DNA of 64,000 nt from an uncultured Prevotella sp. (lineage in GTDB: Bacteria; Bacteroidota; Bacteroidia; Bacteroidales; Bacteroidaceae), in NCBI GenBank assembly GCA_937914955.1, contig CALDLQ010000093.1, forward strand, positions 19,489-83,488. Reading direction: 5' to 3'. The position numbers were made by a program, and so were the translations under genes. Positions 29,723-40,302 of this stretch are shown here, one piece after another. Under the pieces are notes generated by a model. The model was not told the origin of the DNA, ran no database searches, and saw only the letters and a program-made list of their open reading frames with translations. Each line of letters begins with the position of its first letter. Within the stretch, counting starts at the first letter, position 1.

Positions 29723-30793
29723 TTGAAAAGAATCATAGCTAACATTTTGTTTCTGCTGACAGCTCTGGCGGCATCTGCGCAGGTGAACGTCGAGTCAAGC
29801 ATCGACTCCATGGAGATTTTCATTGGCGAGCAGGTTCACCTGACCGTGAGTGTCACCCTAAAGCACGGGCAGCGCCTGTCTATGCCTGTGTTCAAACCGT
29901 CGGAGCAAATCACTCCAGGTGTTGAGGTGCTGAGCGAAGGAATGGCTGACACGTCAGAGCTGGACAACAATATGGTGCGCGTGTCAAAGCAGTACACCCT
30001 GACCTCTTTCGATGAGAACCTCTACTATCTACCGCCCGTTAAGGTGAAGGTTGACGGCAAGGATTATGCGTCAAAAAATCTCGCGCTCAAAGTGCTCACG
30101 GTGCCTGTAGATACCCTTCATCCCAACCAGTTCTTTCCGCCTAAGGGCGTACAGGACAACCCATTTCTTTGGAGTGAATGGAGCGGAATCTTTTGGTTGA
30201 GTGTAATTGCTCTAATTCTTTTTGTTATAGCTGTTTACCTGCGCATTCGTTTGCGTGAAAACAAGCCCATCATTGCCAGCGTAAAGATCATTAAGCGTGT
30301 GCCTCCACACCAAAAGGCCATGCAGCAGATTGAGCAGATCAAGGCCGATAGGCTGGTTACTTCCGAGAACCAGAAAGAATACTACACCAAACTCACCGAC
30401 ACGCTGCGAAAATACATCGAGGAGCGCTTTGGCTTCAATGCCATGGAGATGACCTCCGATGAAATCATCGAGCGTCTGCAACAAACCGACGACCGGCGCA
30501 TGATAGACGAGTTGCGCGAGTTGTTCACTACGGCTGACCTGGTGAAGTTTGCCAAGTATTCAACGCTCATCAATGAGAACGACGCAAATCTTGTCAACGC
30601 CATAGAGTTTATCAATACCACGAAGTTGGAAAACCAGCCTACCGAAGAGCGCATCGAGCCGCAGCTCACCGAGCAAGACAAGCGGAGCATCCGTTCGCGC
30701 AACACCACAAAGTGGATGTTGTGGATCATTTTCTCCCTGTGTATTGCCCTGATGGTTTACGTTGCCTATCAGCTCTTTCTGTTGTTTGGGTAA
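29723..30793 (+). CDS. Bat-operon exported membrane protein (BatD-like N-terminus)
   Basis: TTG 29723 gives a signal peptide 'MKRIIANILFLLTALAASA'. Two TMs and 'ADLVKFAK'. Confidence 0.75.
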   Translation: MKRIIANILFLLTALAASAQVNVESSIDSMEIFIGEQVHLTVSVTLKHGQRLSMPVFKPSEQITPGVEVLSEGMADTSELDNNMVRVSKQYTLTSFDENLYYLPPVKVKVDGKDYASKNLALKVLTVPVDTLHPNQFFPPKGVQDNPFLWSEWSGIFWLSVIALILFVIAVYLRIRLRENKPIIASVKIIKRVPPHQKAMQQIEQIKADRLVTSENQKEYYTKLTDTLRKYIEERFGFNAMEMTSDEIIERLQQTDDRRMIDELRELFTTADLVKFAKYSTLINENDANLVNAIEFINTTKLENQPTEERIEPQLTEQDKRSIRSRNTTKWMLWIIFSLCIALMVYVAYQLFLLFG

Positions 30794-30820
30794 GGAATTT
30801 GTTTAGAACGAGAATCATAT

Positions 30821-31819
30821 ATGGAATTTGCCAATAAGGAATATCTGCTTTTGCTTCTGTTGCTCATACCCTACGTCATGTGGTATTTCCTCTACAGAAA
30901 GAAAACCGAACCCACCATGCGGATGAGCGACACTTATGCCTATCAGTATGCGCCGAAGAGTTGGAAAATAAGATTAATCCATCTGCCCATGCTGCTGCGC
31001 GCTATCGCCTTCACACTTGTCGTGCTGGCTTTGGCCCGTCCACAGACCCACAACTCGTGGGGCAGCAAGACTGTTGAGGGCATTGACATTATGCTCTCCA
31101 TGGACGTATCCACGAGTATGCTGGCCGAAGACCTCAAACCCAACCGCATCGAGGCGGCCAAAAGCGTGGCAGGTGAGTTTATTTCTGGTCGCCCGAGCGA
31201 CAACATTGGTTTGACCATCTTTGCAGGCGAGGCCTTTACGCAGTGTCCCATGACGACCGACCACCAGTCGTTGCTCAATTTGTTGCACAATGTGCGCACC
31301 GACATTGCCGCCCGCGGGCTTATCCAAGACGGCACCGCCATAGGTATGGGATTGGCCAATGCTGTGAGCCGTCTGAAGGACAGCAAAGCCAAAAGCAAGG
31401 TGGTCATCCTCCTCACCGATGGCAGCAACAACAGCGGTGACCTTTCGCCACTCACCTCGGCACAGATAGCAAAGAGTCTGGGCATCAGAGTTTATACCAT
31501 TGCCGTGGGGACCAACGGCGTGGCACCTTATCCGATGATTGTCGGCGGTACTACCCAGTACGTAAACATGCGCGCCGACGTTGATACCGAGACACTGAGT
31601 CAGATTGCGGCTCAGACTGATGGCAATTTCTACCGTGCCACGAACACCGCCGAATTGAAGAATATCTATCGTGACATCGACAAACTGGAGAAAACCAAGA
31701 TGGACGTTAAGAAATTCAGCAAGCGATACGAAGCCTATCAGCCCTTTGCCTTGGGTGCAGTTCTTGTTTTGCTGTTGGAGATTCTGTTGCGTCTGACGGT
31801 ATTCCGGCGCATTCCATAG
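30821..31819 (+). CDS. batA: vWA-domain protein BatA
   Basis: DVSTSM MIDAS, GTAIG.GLA, LLTDG; operon context. Confidence 0.9.
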   Translation: MEFANKEYLLLLLLLIPYVMWYFLYRKKTEPTMRMSDTYAYQYAPKSWKIRLIHLPMLLRAIAFTLVVLALARPQTHNSWGSKTVEGIDIMLSMDVSTSMLAEDLKPNRIEAAKSVAGEFISGRPSDNIGLTIFAGEAFTQCPMTTDHQSLLNLLHNVRTDIAARGLIQDGTAIGMGLANAVSRLKDSKAKSKVVILLTDGSNNSGDLSPLTSAQIAKSLGIRVYTIAVGTNGVAPYPMIVGGTTQYVNMRADVDTETLSQIAAQTDGNFYRATNTAELKNIYRDIDKLEKTKMDVKKFSKRYEAYQPFALGAVLVLLLEILLRLTVFRRIP

Positions 31820-31925
31820 CTCGCGGAAAGCGATAAAGTGGAAAGGAAGAAATAAATGGTAAACAAATTGCCAGAAAAAAGTAATAAACCAGTAAATTTA
31901 GTTAAGTAAGAAGAAAGAGTGCTAC

Positions 31926-33626
31926 ATGTTCAGATTTGAAAGCCCCATATATCTGTACTTCCTGTTGCTGATTCCCCTGTTGGGTGTCATGCGATTCGTG
32001 GCAGTACGTAGCCGCAGGAAGAAACTTCGCAAGTTTGGCGATACCGACTTGCTCAAGCAACTGATGCCCACAGTGTCAGTCTTCCGCCCCGAAGTGAAGT
32101 TCTGGCTTATGGCTGCAGCTTTGGCAATGCTCATTGTCATGCTGGCGCGTCCACAGATGGGCACTCGCATCAGCCATGAGAAACGCAATGGCATAGAAAC
32201 CATCATTGCACTCGACATCAGCAACTCCATGTTGGCTGAAGACGTAATGCCGTCACGTCTAAGCAAGAGCAAAATGCTTGTTGAGAACATGGTTGACCAT
32301 TTCACCAACGACAAAATTGGACTCATTGTTTTTGCTGGCGATGCCTTTGTACAGCTCCCCATCACCAGCGACTATGTTTCGGCCAAGATGTTCATGCAGA
32401 ACATCGAACCCCAGCTCATCGCCACCCAGGGAACTGACATAGCCGAAGCCTTAAGGATGGGCATGAACAGCTTCACTCAAGACGAGCAGGTGGGGCGCGC
32501 CATCATTGTCATTACCGACGGCGAGGATCATGAAGGTGGGGCCGTCGAGGCTGCCGAAGCTGCCAAGAAGAAAGGCATGCGCGTGTTCGTCCTGGGCGTA
32601 GGCGACCCCAAGGGATCTCCTATACCCACAGGCGACGGAAGCTATATGACCGACAACACAGGTCAGACCGTCATGTCAGCGCTGAACGAGGACATGTGTC
32701 GCCAGATAGCCCAGGCGGGTGGGGGAGCCTATATCCATGTTGACAACACCAACGTAGCTCAGGAAAAACTCAACGACGAGCTCATCAAACTACAGAAAGG
32801 CGACATCACCACCACGCTCTACAGCGAGTACGACGAGCAGTTCCAAGCCTTTGGCATCCTGGCTTTGTTGCTGCTCATCATCGAAATTTGCGTGTTCGAG
32901 AGCAAGAACCCAATGCTCAAGAACGTACGCCTTTTCAAGCAGCGACGACGTTCGGTCAACGCAGTGCTGCTTTTGCTGTTTCTTATGACGAGCTTAGGGG
33001 CTGCCGCCCAGGCCGATCGCCAATCGGTGCGCCATGGCAACCGCCTTTTTCGCACCCAGGAGTTTGCCAAGTCCGAAGTGGAGTATCGCAAGGCTGTGGC
33101 CAAGAACCCGCGCAACGCACAGGCTGTTTACAATTTGGGATGCGCACTCATGGCACAGCAGAAAGACTCTGCCGCCATTGTGCAGTTCCAGAATGCCGGC
33201 AAGATGGAGACTGTCAAGATGCGCAAGGCTATGTCGTACCACAACATAGGCGTTATTTGTCAGCAGCACCAAATGTTTGGCGAGGCCATCGAGGCCTACA
33301 AGGAAGCACTGCGCAACAATCCAAAGGACGACGAGACGCGCTACAATCTGGCCCTCTGCAAGCGTCAGCAGAAAAACCAGCAGAACAAAGACCAAAAACA
33401 AAACCAACAAGATAAAGATAAGAAACAGAATCAGCAAGACAAAGACAAAAAACAGCAACAAGGCCAGCAAAAGCAACAGCAACAGCCGCCCCCCAAGGAG
33501 CAGATGAGCAAGGAGAATGCCGAACAGTTGCTCAATGCTGCCATACAGGAGGAGAAAGCCACTCAGCAGCGCATGAAGAAAGCCATGCAGCAGCCTCGGT
33601 CGCGCCGTTTGCAGAAAAACTGGTAG
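31926..33626 (+). CDS. batB: BatB-BatC fusion (vWA + TPR)
   Basis: DISNSM and ITDGEDHE, then TPR repeats, a Gln/Lys tract and the C-terminal 'KNW'. Confidence 0.85.
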   Translation: MFRFESPIYLYFLLLIPLLGVMRFVAVRSRRKKLRKFGDTDLLKQLMPTVSVFRPEVKFWLMAAALAMLIVMLARPQMGTRISHEKRNGIETIIALDISNSMLAEDVMPSRLSKSKMLVENMVDHFTNDKIGLIVFAGDAFVQLPITSDYVSAKMFMQNIEPQLIATQGTDIAEALRMGMNSFTQDEQVGRAIIVITDGEDHEGGAVEAAEAAKKKGMRVFVLGVGDPKGSPIPTGDGSYMTDNTGQTVMSALNEDMCRQIAQAGGGAYIHVDNTNVAQEKLNDELIKLQKGDITTTLYSEYDEQFQAFGILALLLLIIEICVFESKNPMLKNVRLFKQRRRSVNAVLLLLFLMTSLGAAAQADRQSVRHGNRLFRTQEFAKSEVEYRKAVAKNPRNAQAVYNLGCALMAQQKDSAAIVQFQNAGKMETVKMRKAMSYHNIGVICQQHQMFGEAIEAYKEALRNNPKDDETRYNLALCKRQQKNQQNKDQKQNQQDKDKKQNQQDKDKKQQQGQQKQQQQPPPKEQMSKENAEQLLNAAIQEEKATQQRMKKAMQQPRSRRLQKNW

Positions 33627-33708
33627 TTGCCAAGACCGAAAAGAAAATGCGGCGACTGCCCGTCCCCCCAATAAGGAAAGGATTCCAAACATACAGAAAA
33701 ACAAAGAG

Positions 33709-36357
33709 ATGAAAACACCTTTACACCAAAAGCATAACACTGCCGCCTTCGAGGCTGGCTGGGCAAGGATGGTGCTCGCCCTGCTGGCCTTGCAGCTGTC
33801 GTATGCCGTTTCGTTGGCTCAGACGCTTACGGTGAACGCCCCCTCACGGGTGGCCACGGGCGAAAATTTCCGCCTTTCTTACACCGTGAACACTCAGAAT
33901 GCCACCGATTTCCACGTAGGCAGCGTACCCGACGAGCTGGAAATCATCACTGGTCCCTATACCTCGCAACAGAGCAGCTACCAGATGGTCAACGGCCACA
34001 CCAGCAGCAGCTCGTCCATCACCTACACCTTTATTATCTGTGCCAACAAAGCCGGAACCTATACCATTCCCCCTGCAACTATCCATGCAGGAGGAAAGAC
34101 CGTCACTTCGGCAGCCGCCAAAATCACCGTTGCTGGTTCCTCCACCAATTCAGGTGGAGCTCCCCGCATGCACGACGACAACGATAGTCCCAGCACCATG
34201 CGCTCGGCTGGCTCGAAAATCAGCGGCAACGACCTCTTCATCAAAGTGAGCGCCAACAAGAGTCGTGTCCACGAACAGGAGCCCGTCCTGCTCACCTATA
34301 AGGTCTATACCCTTGTTGACCTTTATCAGCTCGAAGGTGTCATGCCCGACCTCACCGGTTTCCACACTCAAGAGATACCTCTGCCACAGCAGAAGAGATA
34401 CCATGAGGAGATTGTCAACGGAAGGCCCTACCGCTGTGTCACGTGGAGCCAATATGTAATGTATCCGCAGATGACCGGCAAACTCTCCATTCCCAGCATC
34501 ACTTTCAACGGAACTGTGGTGCAGCAAAACCGCAACGTTGATCCCTTCGAAGCCTTCTTCAACGGCGGTTCGGGCTATGTAGAGGTGAAACGCTCCATCA
34601 AGGCTCCCGGCATCACCATCCAGGTTGATCCACTGCCAGCGCGCCCCGCCAATTTCTCCGGCGGTGTGGGAAAGTTCAACATTTCCGCCCAAATCAGCAA
34701 GAACGATGTCAAAGCCAACGACCCCGTTACGCTTCGCGTCATCGTCAGTGGTGCAGGCAACCTCAAGCTAATCAAACAGCCTGTGGTCAATTTTCCCAAA
34801 GACTTCGACAAGTACGACCCCAAAATTACCGACAAAACCAAACTCACCCAGAATGGGGTAGAGGGAAGCATGGTCTATGACTTCCTGGCCGTGCCTCGCA
34901 ACCAGGGCAAATACACCATCCCCGCCATTGAGTTTGTTTATTACGACACCAGTGCCAACACCTATAAGACGGTCAAGACCCAGCCCTTTGTCCTTGATGT
35001 GGCCAAGGGCAGCGGAACCTCCTCGTCAGCCGACTTCACAAGCGAGTTGCAAAACCAGGACATCCACCCCATCAAGACTGGCAAGAGCCGCTTGCAGGAC
35101 GTTCAGGGTTTCTTCTTTGGTTCAGCTCTCTATTGGTCGGTGCTTGCCTTGCTCCTTGCCTTGTTTGTGGCTTTGCTTGTGGTGTTCCGGAAACGGGCCA
35201 TCGACCGTGCCGACATCACCCGCATGCGCGGAAAGAACGCCAACAAGGTGGCCACCCGCCGACTCAAGAAAGCCAATCAGCTCATGGCACAGGGTCGTCA
35301 GGGCGAATTCTACGACGAGGTGCTGCGCGCCCTTTGGGGGTATGTGGGCGACAAGCTCAACATGCCCGTCGAGCGGCTCTCGGCCGACAATATAGCTGAG
35401 CAACTCACGGCTGCCCAAGTCGATGCAGACACCGTTGGCCAGTTTGTCAGTGCCATTGAGGAGTGTGAGTTCGAGCGATATGCTCCGGGCGATGCCGCCG
35501 GCAACATGAACAAGACCTACTCTACGGCCATCAACGCCATCATGAAGATTGAAGAAGCCATGAAGAAAAATAAGAACGCCAACTCCCGACGGAGCCGCGG
35601 CAGCCTGTTGATGCTGGTCGTCGTCGCCGCTATGGCCATGCTCACACTCAGCCCGCTGAAGGCCATGGCCGTCACCAAGGAAAACGCCGACGACGAGTAT
35701 GCCAAAGGCAACTATGTACAGGCCATCAAGGACTATGAAGAACTGCTCCGTAAAGGCGGCAGTACGGAACTCTATTACAATCTGGGTAACGCCTACTACC
35801 GAACCGACAACATCACCCGAGCCGTCATCAACTACGAGCGCGCGCTGCTGCTTTCGCCGGGTGACAAAGATGTGCGGTTCAACCTGCAGATGGCTCGCAG
35901 CAAGACCATCGACAAAATCACCCCCGAGTCCGAGATGTTCTTCGTCACATGGTTTCACTCCTTGGTCAATCTCACGAGTGTCGATGGGTGGGCCCGAACA
36001 GCCATACTCAGCCTTGTGCTCGCCCTCGTGCTGCTGCTCGTCTATCTTTTCGTTGACAGAATCTTAATGCGCAAGGTGGGGTTCTTCGGAGGCGTCTTTT
36101 TCCTCCTGCTGTTCCTCTTTGCCAACCTCTTTGCTTGGCAGCAGAAACAAGAGCTCGTCAACCGCAGGGGGGCTGTCGTCACCGCAACGTCAGCCTCCGT
36201 CATGAAAACACCCGCTGCCAATGCCACCGAGCAGTTCGTCATTCACGAAGGCACTCGCGTTGACATCACCGACGACACCATGCGCGACTGGAAAGGCATC
36301 CGTCTGGCCGATGGCAAGGAAGGGTGGATTCATGTCAGCAAAATTGAAAAGATTTAA
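33709..36357 (+). CDS. batD: BatD-BatE fusion (BatD + TPR + SH3-like)
   Basis: BatD repeats ('GGVG.F', 'G.GNLKL'), TPR 'YYNLGNAYY', C-terminal 'IHEGT.V...L.DGKEGW'. Confidence 0.85.
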   Translation: MKTPLHQKHNTAAFEAGWARMVLALLALQLSYAVSLAQTLTVNAPSRVATGENFRLSYTVNTQNATDFHVGSVPDELEIITGPYTSQQSSYQMVNGHTSSSSSITYTFIICANKAGTYTIPPATIHAGGKTVTSAAAKITVAGSSTNSGGAPRMHDDNDSPSTMRSAGSKISGNDLFIKVSANKSRVHEQEPVLLTYKVYTLVDLYQLEGVMPDLTGFHTQEIPLPQQKRYHEEIVNGRPYRCVTWSQYVMYPQMTGKLSIPSITFNGTVVQQNRNVDPFEAFFNGGSGYVEVKRSIKAPGITIQVDPLPARPANFSGGVGKFNISAQISKNDVKANDPVTLRVIVSGAGNLKLIKQPVVNFPKDFDKYDPKITDKTKLTQNGVEGSMVYDFLAVPRNQGKYTIPAIEFVYYDTSANTYKTVKTQPFVLDVAKGSGTSSSADFTSELQNQDIHPIKTGKSRLQDVQGFFFGSALYWSVLALLLALFVALLVVFRKRAIDRADITRMRGKNANKVATRRLKKANQLMAQGRQGEFYDEVLRALWGYVGDKLNMPVERLSADNIAEQLTAAQVDADTVGQFVSAIEECEFERYAPGDAAGNMNKTYSTAINAIMKIEEAMKKNKNANSRRSRGSLLMLVVVAAMAMLTLSPLKAMAVTKENADDEYAKGNYVQAIKDYEELLRKGGSTELYYNLGNAYYRTDNITRAVINYERALLLSPGDKDVRFNLQMARSKTIDKITPESEMFFVTWFHSLVNLTSVDGWARTAILSLVLALVLLLVYLFVDRILMRKVGFFGGVFFLLLFLFANLFAWQQKQELVNRRGAVVTATSASVMKTPAANATEQFVIHEGTRVDITDDTMRDWKGIRLADGKEGWIHVSKIEKI

Positions 36358-36408
36358 TTCGTCATTGGCCATTGAGCTTCGAACATTGATAAAAACTCAA
36401 ACCATAAA

Positions 36409-37101
36409 TTGGATTTTACACCCATATTACCTATAGACCAGTGGCTGCTGACATTCTTCAACGGTAGCGACTCTCTGTTCATCGACCAAGTGGCTGTCAC
36501 CCTCACCGACGGGCTCACTTGGGTGCCACTCTATGTGGCCGTGCTCTTTCTCGTGGTGAAGAACAACGACACCATGGCTCAGATTATGCTCACCATCGTC
36601 TGTGCCCTGGTGTGTGTGGTTATCTCAAGCACTGTGGCCGACGGCATTGTCAAACCTCTCGTCGGCCGACCGCGACCGCTCAACGACCCTGTCTTTAAAG
36701 ACACCATCGACACCGTGGCCGGCATGTTCAGTCGTCAATACAGCTTCTTCTCAGGCCACGCCTCCAACACATTCAGCCTCGCCCTCTTCCTCGCTCTGCT
36801 CATACGCAGCCGCTTGGCCACCTGCCTGCTGGTGGGCTGGTCATTGCTCAACTGTTGGACGCGTCTCTATCTGGGCATGCACTATCCTTCCGACATCCTC
36901 GCCGGTCTTCTTTGGGGTGCCTTCGTCGGTACCGTCATGTACCATCTCTACCGCTACCTCTACTACCGTTTCTCGCCACGCATCAGCTATGTCTCTTCTC
37001 AATACACTCGCACGGGCTATGCCTATTCCGATGTGGATGTCATGTGCTCCGTATTCGTTTTCACGCTGCTCTATGCTGTGATGAAGGCGTTGGTACATTG
37101 A
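36409..37101 (+). CDS. PAP2-family phosphatase
   Basis: K....RPRP, SF.SGHA, R.YLGMHYPSD. Confidence 0.9.
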   Translation: MDFTPILPIDQWLLTFFNGSDSLFIDQVAVTLTDGLTWVPLYVAVLFLVVKNNDTMAQIMLTIVCALVCVVISSTVADGIVKPLVGRPRPLNDPVFKDTIDTVAGMFSRQYSFFSGHASNTFSLALFLALLIRSRLATCLLVGWSLLNCWTRLYLGMHYPSDILAGLLWGAFVGTVMYHLYRYLYYRFSPRISYVSSQYTRTGYAYSDVDVMCSVFVFTLLYAVMKALVH

Positions 37102-37179
37102 ACGTTGCTCATTGGCCATTGACAACCGAGTATTGGTGATTGACCATTACATTATATCATTCAAAAGAAAAAAACGAAA

Positions 37180-38406
37180 GTGGAAACAAAACATATTAGA
37201 ATCAGCGACTACAGCTACGACTTGCCCGACGACCGCATCGCAAAGTTCCCCCTTGCCCGACGCGACCAGAGCAAACTCCTCATCTATCGTCACGGACAGC
37301 TTTCTGACGACACCTTCTGCAACCTGGCCGACCATCTGCCTGCCGACTCATTAATGGTGTTCAACAACACCCGCGTCATCCAGGCCCGCCTGCACTTCCG
37401 CAAGCCTACCGGTGCACTCATCGAAGTGTTTTTGCTCGAACCGTCAGTTCCTGCAGACTACGAACAGATGTTTCAGACGGCAGGCCATTGTGCATGGCTC
37501 TGCATGGTGGGAAACCTCAAAAAGTGGAAGGAAGGCATTCTTGAACAAACTGTCAGCGTGGGCTCTGCCACTGTACGGCTGACTGCCACGCGCCTCGCCG
37601 AGCAGGGCACCAGCCAGCTCGTGGACTTTGCGTGGGAGTCGCTCGACGGCAGCCAGCCCCCTTCGTTTGCCGAGCTGATTGATGCTGCTGGCGAACTGCC
37701 CATCCCTCCCTATCTGAACCGCGCAACCCAGCAGAGCGACCTCACCACTTATCAGACCGTCTATAGCAAGATACGCGGCAGTGTGGCTGCTCCCACTGCA
37801 GGGCTCCACTTCACCCCCGAGGTGTTGGCCAGTCTTGATGCGCGAGGCATCCATCGCGAGGAACTCACCCTCCACGTAGGTGCCGGCACTTTCCGTCCAG
37901 TCAAGAGCGAGCAGATAGAAGGCCACCAGATGCACACCGAGTACATCAGTGTGCGCCGGCAAACTGTTGAGCAGCTCATCCGCCACAACGCTCAGGCCAT
38001 TGCTGTGGGAACCACCAGTGTGCGCACCCTTGAGAGTCTCTACTACATGGGAGTCTATCTTGCCGACCATCCCGATGCCGCCGAGGCCGACCTTCATGTC
38101 AGCCAGTGGACTCCCTATGAAACCCATCCCACGCTCACACCCACCGAAGCTCTCACCCATTTGCTCGCGTTTTTCGACCGCAACCACTTGTCCACTCTCC
38201 ACAGCAGCACTCAGATTATCATAGCCCCTGGTTACGAATACAAGATAGTGCGCATGCTTGTCACCAATTTCCATCAGCCCCAGAGCACGTTGCTCCTGCT
38301 TGTCAGTGCCTTCGTTCACGGCGACTGGCGATGCATCTACGACTACGCCCTGGCTCACGACTTCCGTTTCCTCAGTTACGGCGACAGCAGCTTGCTCATT
38401 CCGTAG
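37180..38406 (+). CDS. queA: SAM:tRNA ribosyltransferase-isomerase
   Basis: VFNNTRVI.ARL, PIPPY, YQTVY, GSVAAPTAGLHFT, TNFHQP.STL, FLSYGD. Confidence 0.95.
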   Translation: METKHIRISDYSYDLPDDRIAKFPLARRDQSKLLIYRHGQLSDDTFCNLADHLPADSLMVFNNTRVIQARLHFRKPTGALIEVFLLEPSVPADYEQMFQTAGHCAWLCMVGNLKKWKEGILEQTVSVGSATVRLTATRLAEQGTSQLVDFAWESLDGSQPPSFAELIDAAGELPIPPYLNRATQQSDLTTYQTVYSKIRGSVAAPTAGLHFTPEVLASLDARGIHREELTLHVGAGTFRPVKSEQIEGHQMHTEYISVRRQTVEQLIRHNAQAIAVGTTSVRTLESLYYMGVYLADHPDAAEADLHVSQWTPYETHPTLTPTEALTHLLAFFDRNHLSTLHSSTQIIIAPGYEYKIVRMLVTNFHQPQSTLLLLVSAFVHGDWRCIYDYALAHDFRFLSYGDSSLLIP

Positions 38407-38497
38407 CAGGCGGATTGAGCGGTACATTCAGAATTGAATCTTGTTTATAGTATATAGAGTAAGAATTGGTATTTTTGGTTTAATAAGCGACATCGAA

Positions 38498-39289
38498 ATG
38501 ATTTTATTGAGTTTTGACACAGAGGAATTCGATGTGCCCCGCGAACATGGGGTTGACTTCTCGTTGGACGAGGGGATGGCCGTCTCTAAAGTCGGCACAC
38601 TCCGCATTCTCGATGTTTTGAAACAGAATGGCGTCCGAGCCACCTTCTTTTGCACGGGCAATTTTGCAGAGCATGCACCAGAAATAATGGAGCGCATCAT
38701 GGCCGAGGGGCATGAGGTGGCCTGCCACGGTGTGGACCACTGGCAACCCAAAGACACCGACTTCGCCCGTTCAAAGGAAATCGTCGAACGTGTGACGGGG
38801 CGCACCGTCTATGGCTATCGTCAGCCACGCATGTTCCCCGTGGTAGAGTCTGAGATCAAGCGTGTGGGCTATCGTTACAACTCGTCGCTCAATCCCGCTT
38901 TCATTCCCGGTCGCTACATGCACCTCACCGACCCTCGAACCTGGTTCATGAAAGATGGAGTGATGCAGATACCCGCTTCGGTGACGCCGCTCGTCCGATT
39001 CCCCCTGTTCTGGCTCTCCCTTCACAATCTGCCCGAGGGAGTCTATCACTGGATGACGCGCCGAGTGCTCAAGACCGATGGCTATTTCGTCACCTATTTC
39101 CACCCGTGGGAGTTTTACGAACTGAAGGAACATCCTGAGTTCAAGATGCCGTTCATCATCAAGAACCACAGCGGCCTGCAGATGTGCGAGCGTCTGGACC
39201 GTCTGGTCAAGATGCTTCTTGCCCGCGGCCACGAGTTCATTACCTTTAACGAGTTTGTCAACCGGAAATTGAAGAATCCAAACTCCTGA
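38498..39289 (+). CDS. Polysaccharide deacetylase (DUF3473-type)
   Basis: LSFDTEE, ATFF, HEVACHG..H, YFHPWE. Confidence 0.9.
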   Translation: MILLSFDTEEFDVPREHGVDFSLDEGMAVSKVGTLRILDVLKQNGVRATFFCTGNFAEHAPEIMERIMAEGHEVACHGVDHWQPKDTDFARSKEIVERVTGRTVYGYRQPRMFPVVESEIKRVGYRYNSSLNPAFIPGRYMHLTDPRTWFMKDGVMQIPASVTPLVRFPLFWLSLHNLPEGVYHWMTRRVLKTDGYFVTYFHPWEFYELKEHPEFKMPFIIKNHSGLQMCERLDRLVKMLLARGHEFITFNEFVNRKLKNPNS

Positions 39290-39340
39290 CAGCCAACTCC
39301 CCAAAACCTGACATCCACCCCACAAAACACACCAAGAGCT

Positions 39341-40282
39341 ATGATCAGACTAGCCACTGTTTCACCATGTTATAACGAAGAAGAAGTGCTCAACCACAGC
39401 GTACAGCGGCTGACAGCCCTCTTCGAGCGCATGATAAGCGAAGGCCTTATCAGCGAGGACTCCATGATGGTGTTCGTCAACGACGGCAGCCACGACCGCA
39501 CATGGTCAATCATACGTGAACTCCATGCTGCTAACAAATTCGTGCGCGGCATCAATCTGTCGCGCAACTTCGGACATCAGAACGCCATCATGGCAGGCAT
39601 GATGACCGCCCGCGAGTGGGCCGATGCCGTTGTCACCCTCGATGCCGACCTTCAGGACGACATTGAGTGCATTCCCCAGATGGTCAGGGATTTCGAAGCG
39701 GGCAACGATGTTGTCTATGGTGTGAAGGTTTCGCGCCAGGGCGATTCGTTCTTGAAGAAGATGACCGCCCAGGGCTTCTATAAGTTTCTGACGAAGATGG
39801 GCGTGGAGAGCATCTACAATCATGCTGACTTCCGATTGATGAGCCGCCGTGCGCTCGACATCCTCTCCACGTACAAGGAGCACAATCTTTATCTGCGCGG
39901 TCTCATCCCGATGATTGGGTTGAACCATTCCACGGTTGACGATGTCATCGGCGAGCGCTATGCAGGCCAGTCAAAATATACGCTGGGCAAGATGATGCAT
40001 CTGGCACTCAACGGTGTCACCGCCTTCTCGGCCCGTCCGCTCTTCGCCATCTACAACATCGGGCTTTTGTTTCTTCTTGTCGCATTCGTGATCGTCTGCT
40101 ATGTAGTCTATTCGCTGTTGTTTGGCCAAGTGGAGCCCGGCTGGGCGTCGCTCATGTTCTCCATCTGGATAGTCGGCGGCTTCATCCTTATTTCCCTGGG
40201 CATTGTGGGCACCTACGTCGCCCAGATTTTTACAGAGGTGAAGCGTCGTCCGCTCTACCACATTCAGGAGATACTCTCTTGA
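39341..40282 (+). CDS. GT2 glycosyltransferase (GtrB/ArnC-like)
   Basis: PCYNEE, VNDGS.D.T, SRNFGHQ, DADLQD, two C-terminal TMs and 'K.RP.Y'. Confidence 0.92.
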   Translation: MIRLATVSPCYNEEEVLNHSVQRLTALFERMISEGLISEDSMMVFVNDGSHDRTWSIIRELHAANKFVRGINLSRNFGHQNAIMAGMMTAREWADAVVTLDADLQDDIECIPQMVRDFEAGNDVVYGVKVSRQGDSFLKKMTAQGFYKFLTKMGVESIYNHADFRLMSRRALDILSTYKEHNLYLRGLIPMIGLNHSTVDDVIGERYAGQSKYTLGKMMHLALNGVTAFSARPLFAIYNIGLLFLLVAFVIVCYVVYSLLFGQVEPGWASLMFSIWIVGGFILISLGIVGTYVAQIFTEVKRRPLYHIQEILS

Positions 40283-40302
40283 GCTCGCTTTCCTCTTTTT
40301 TT

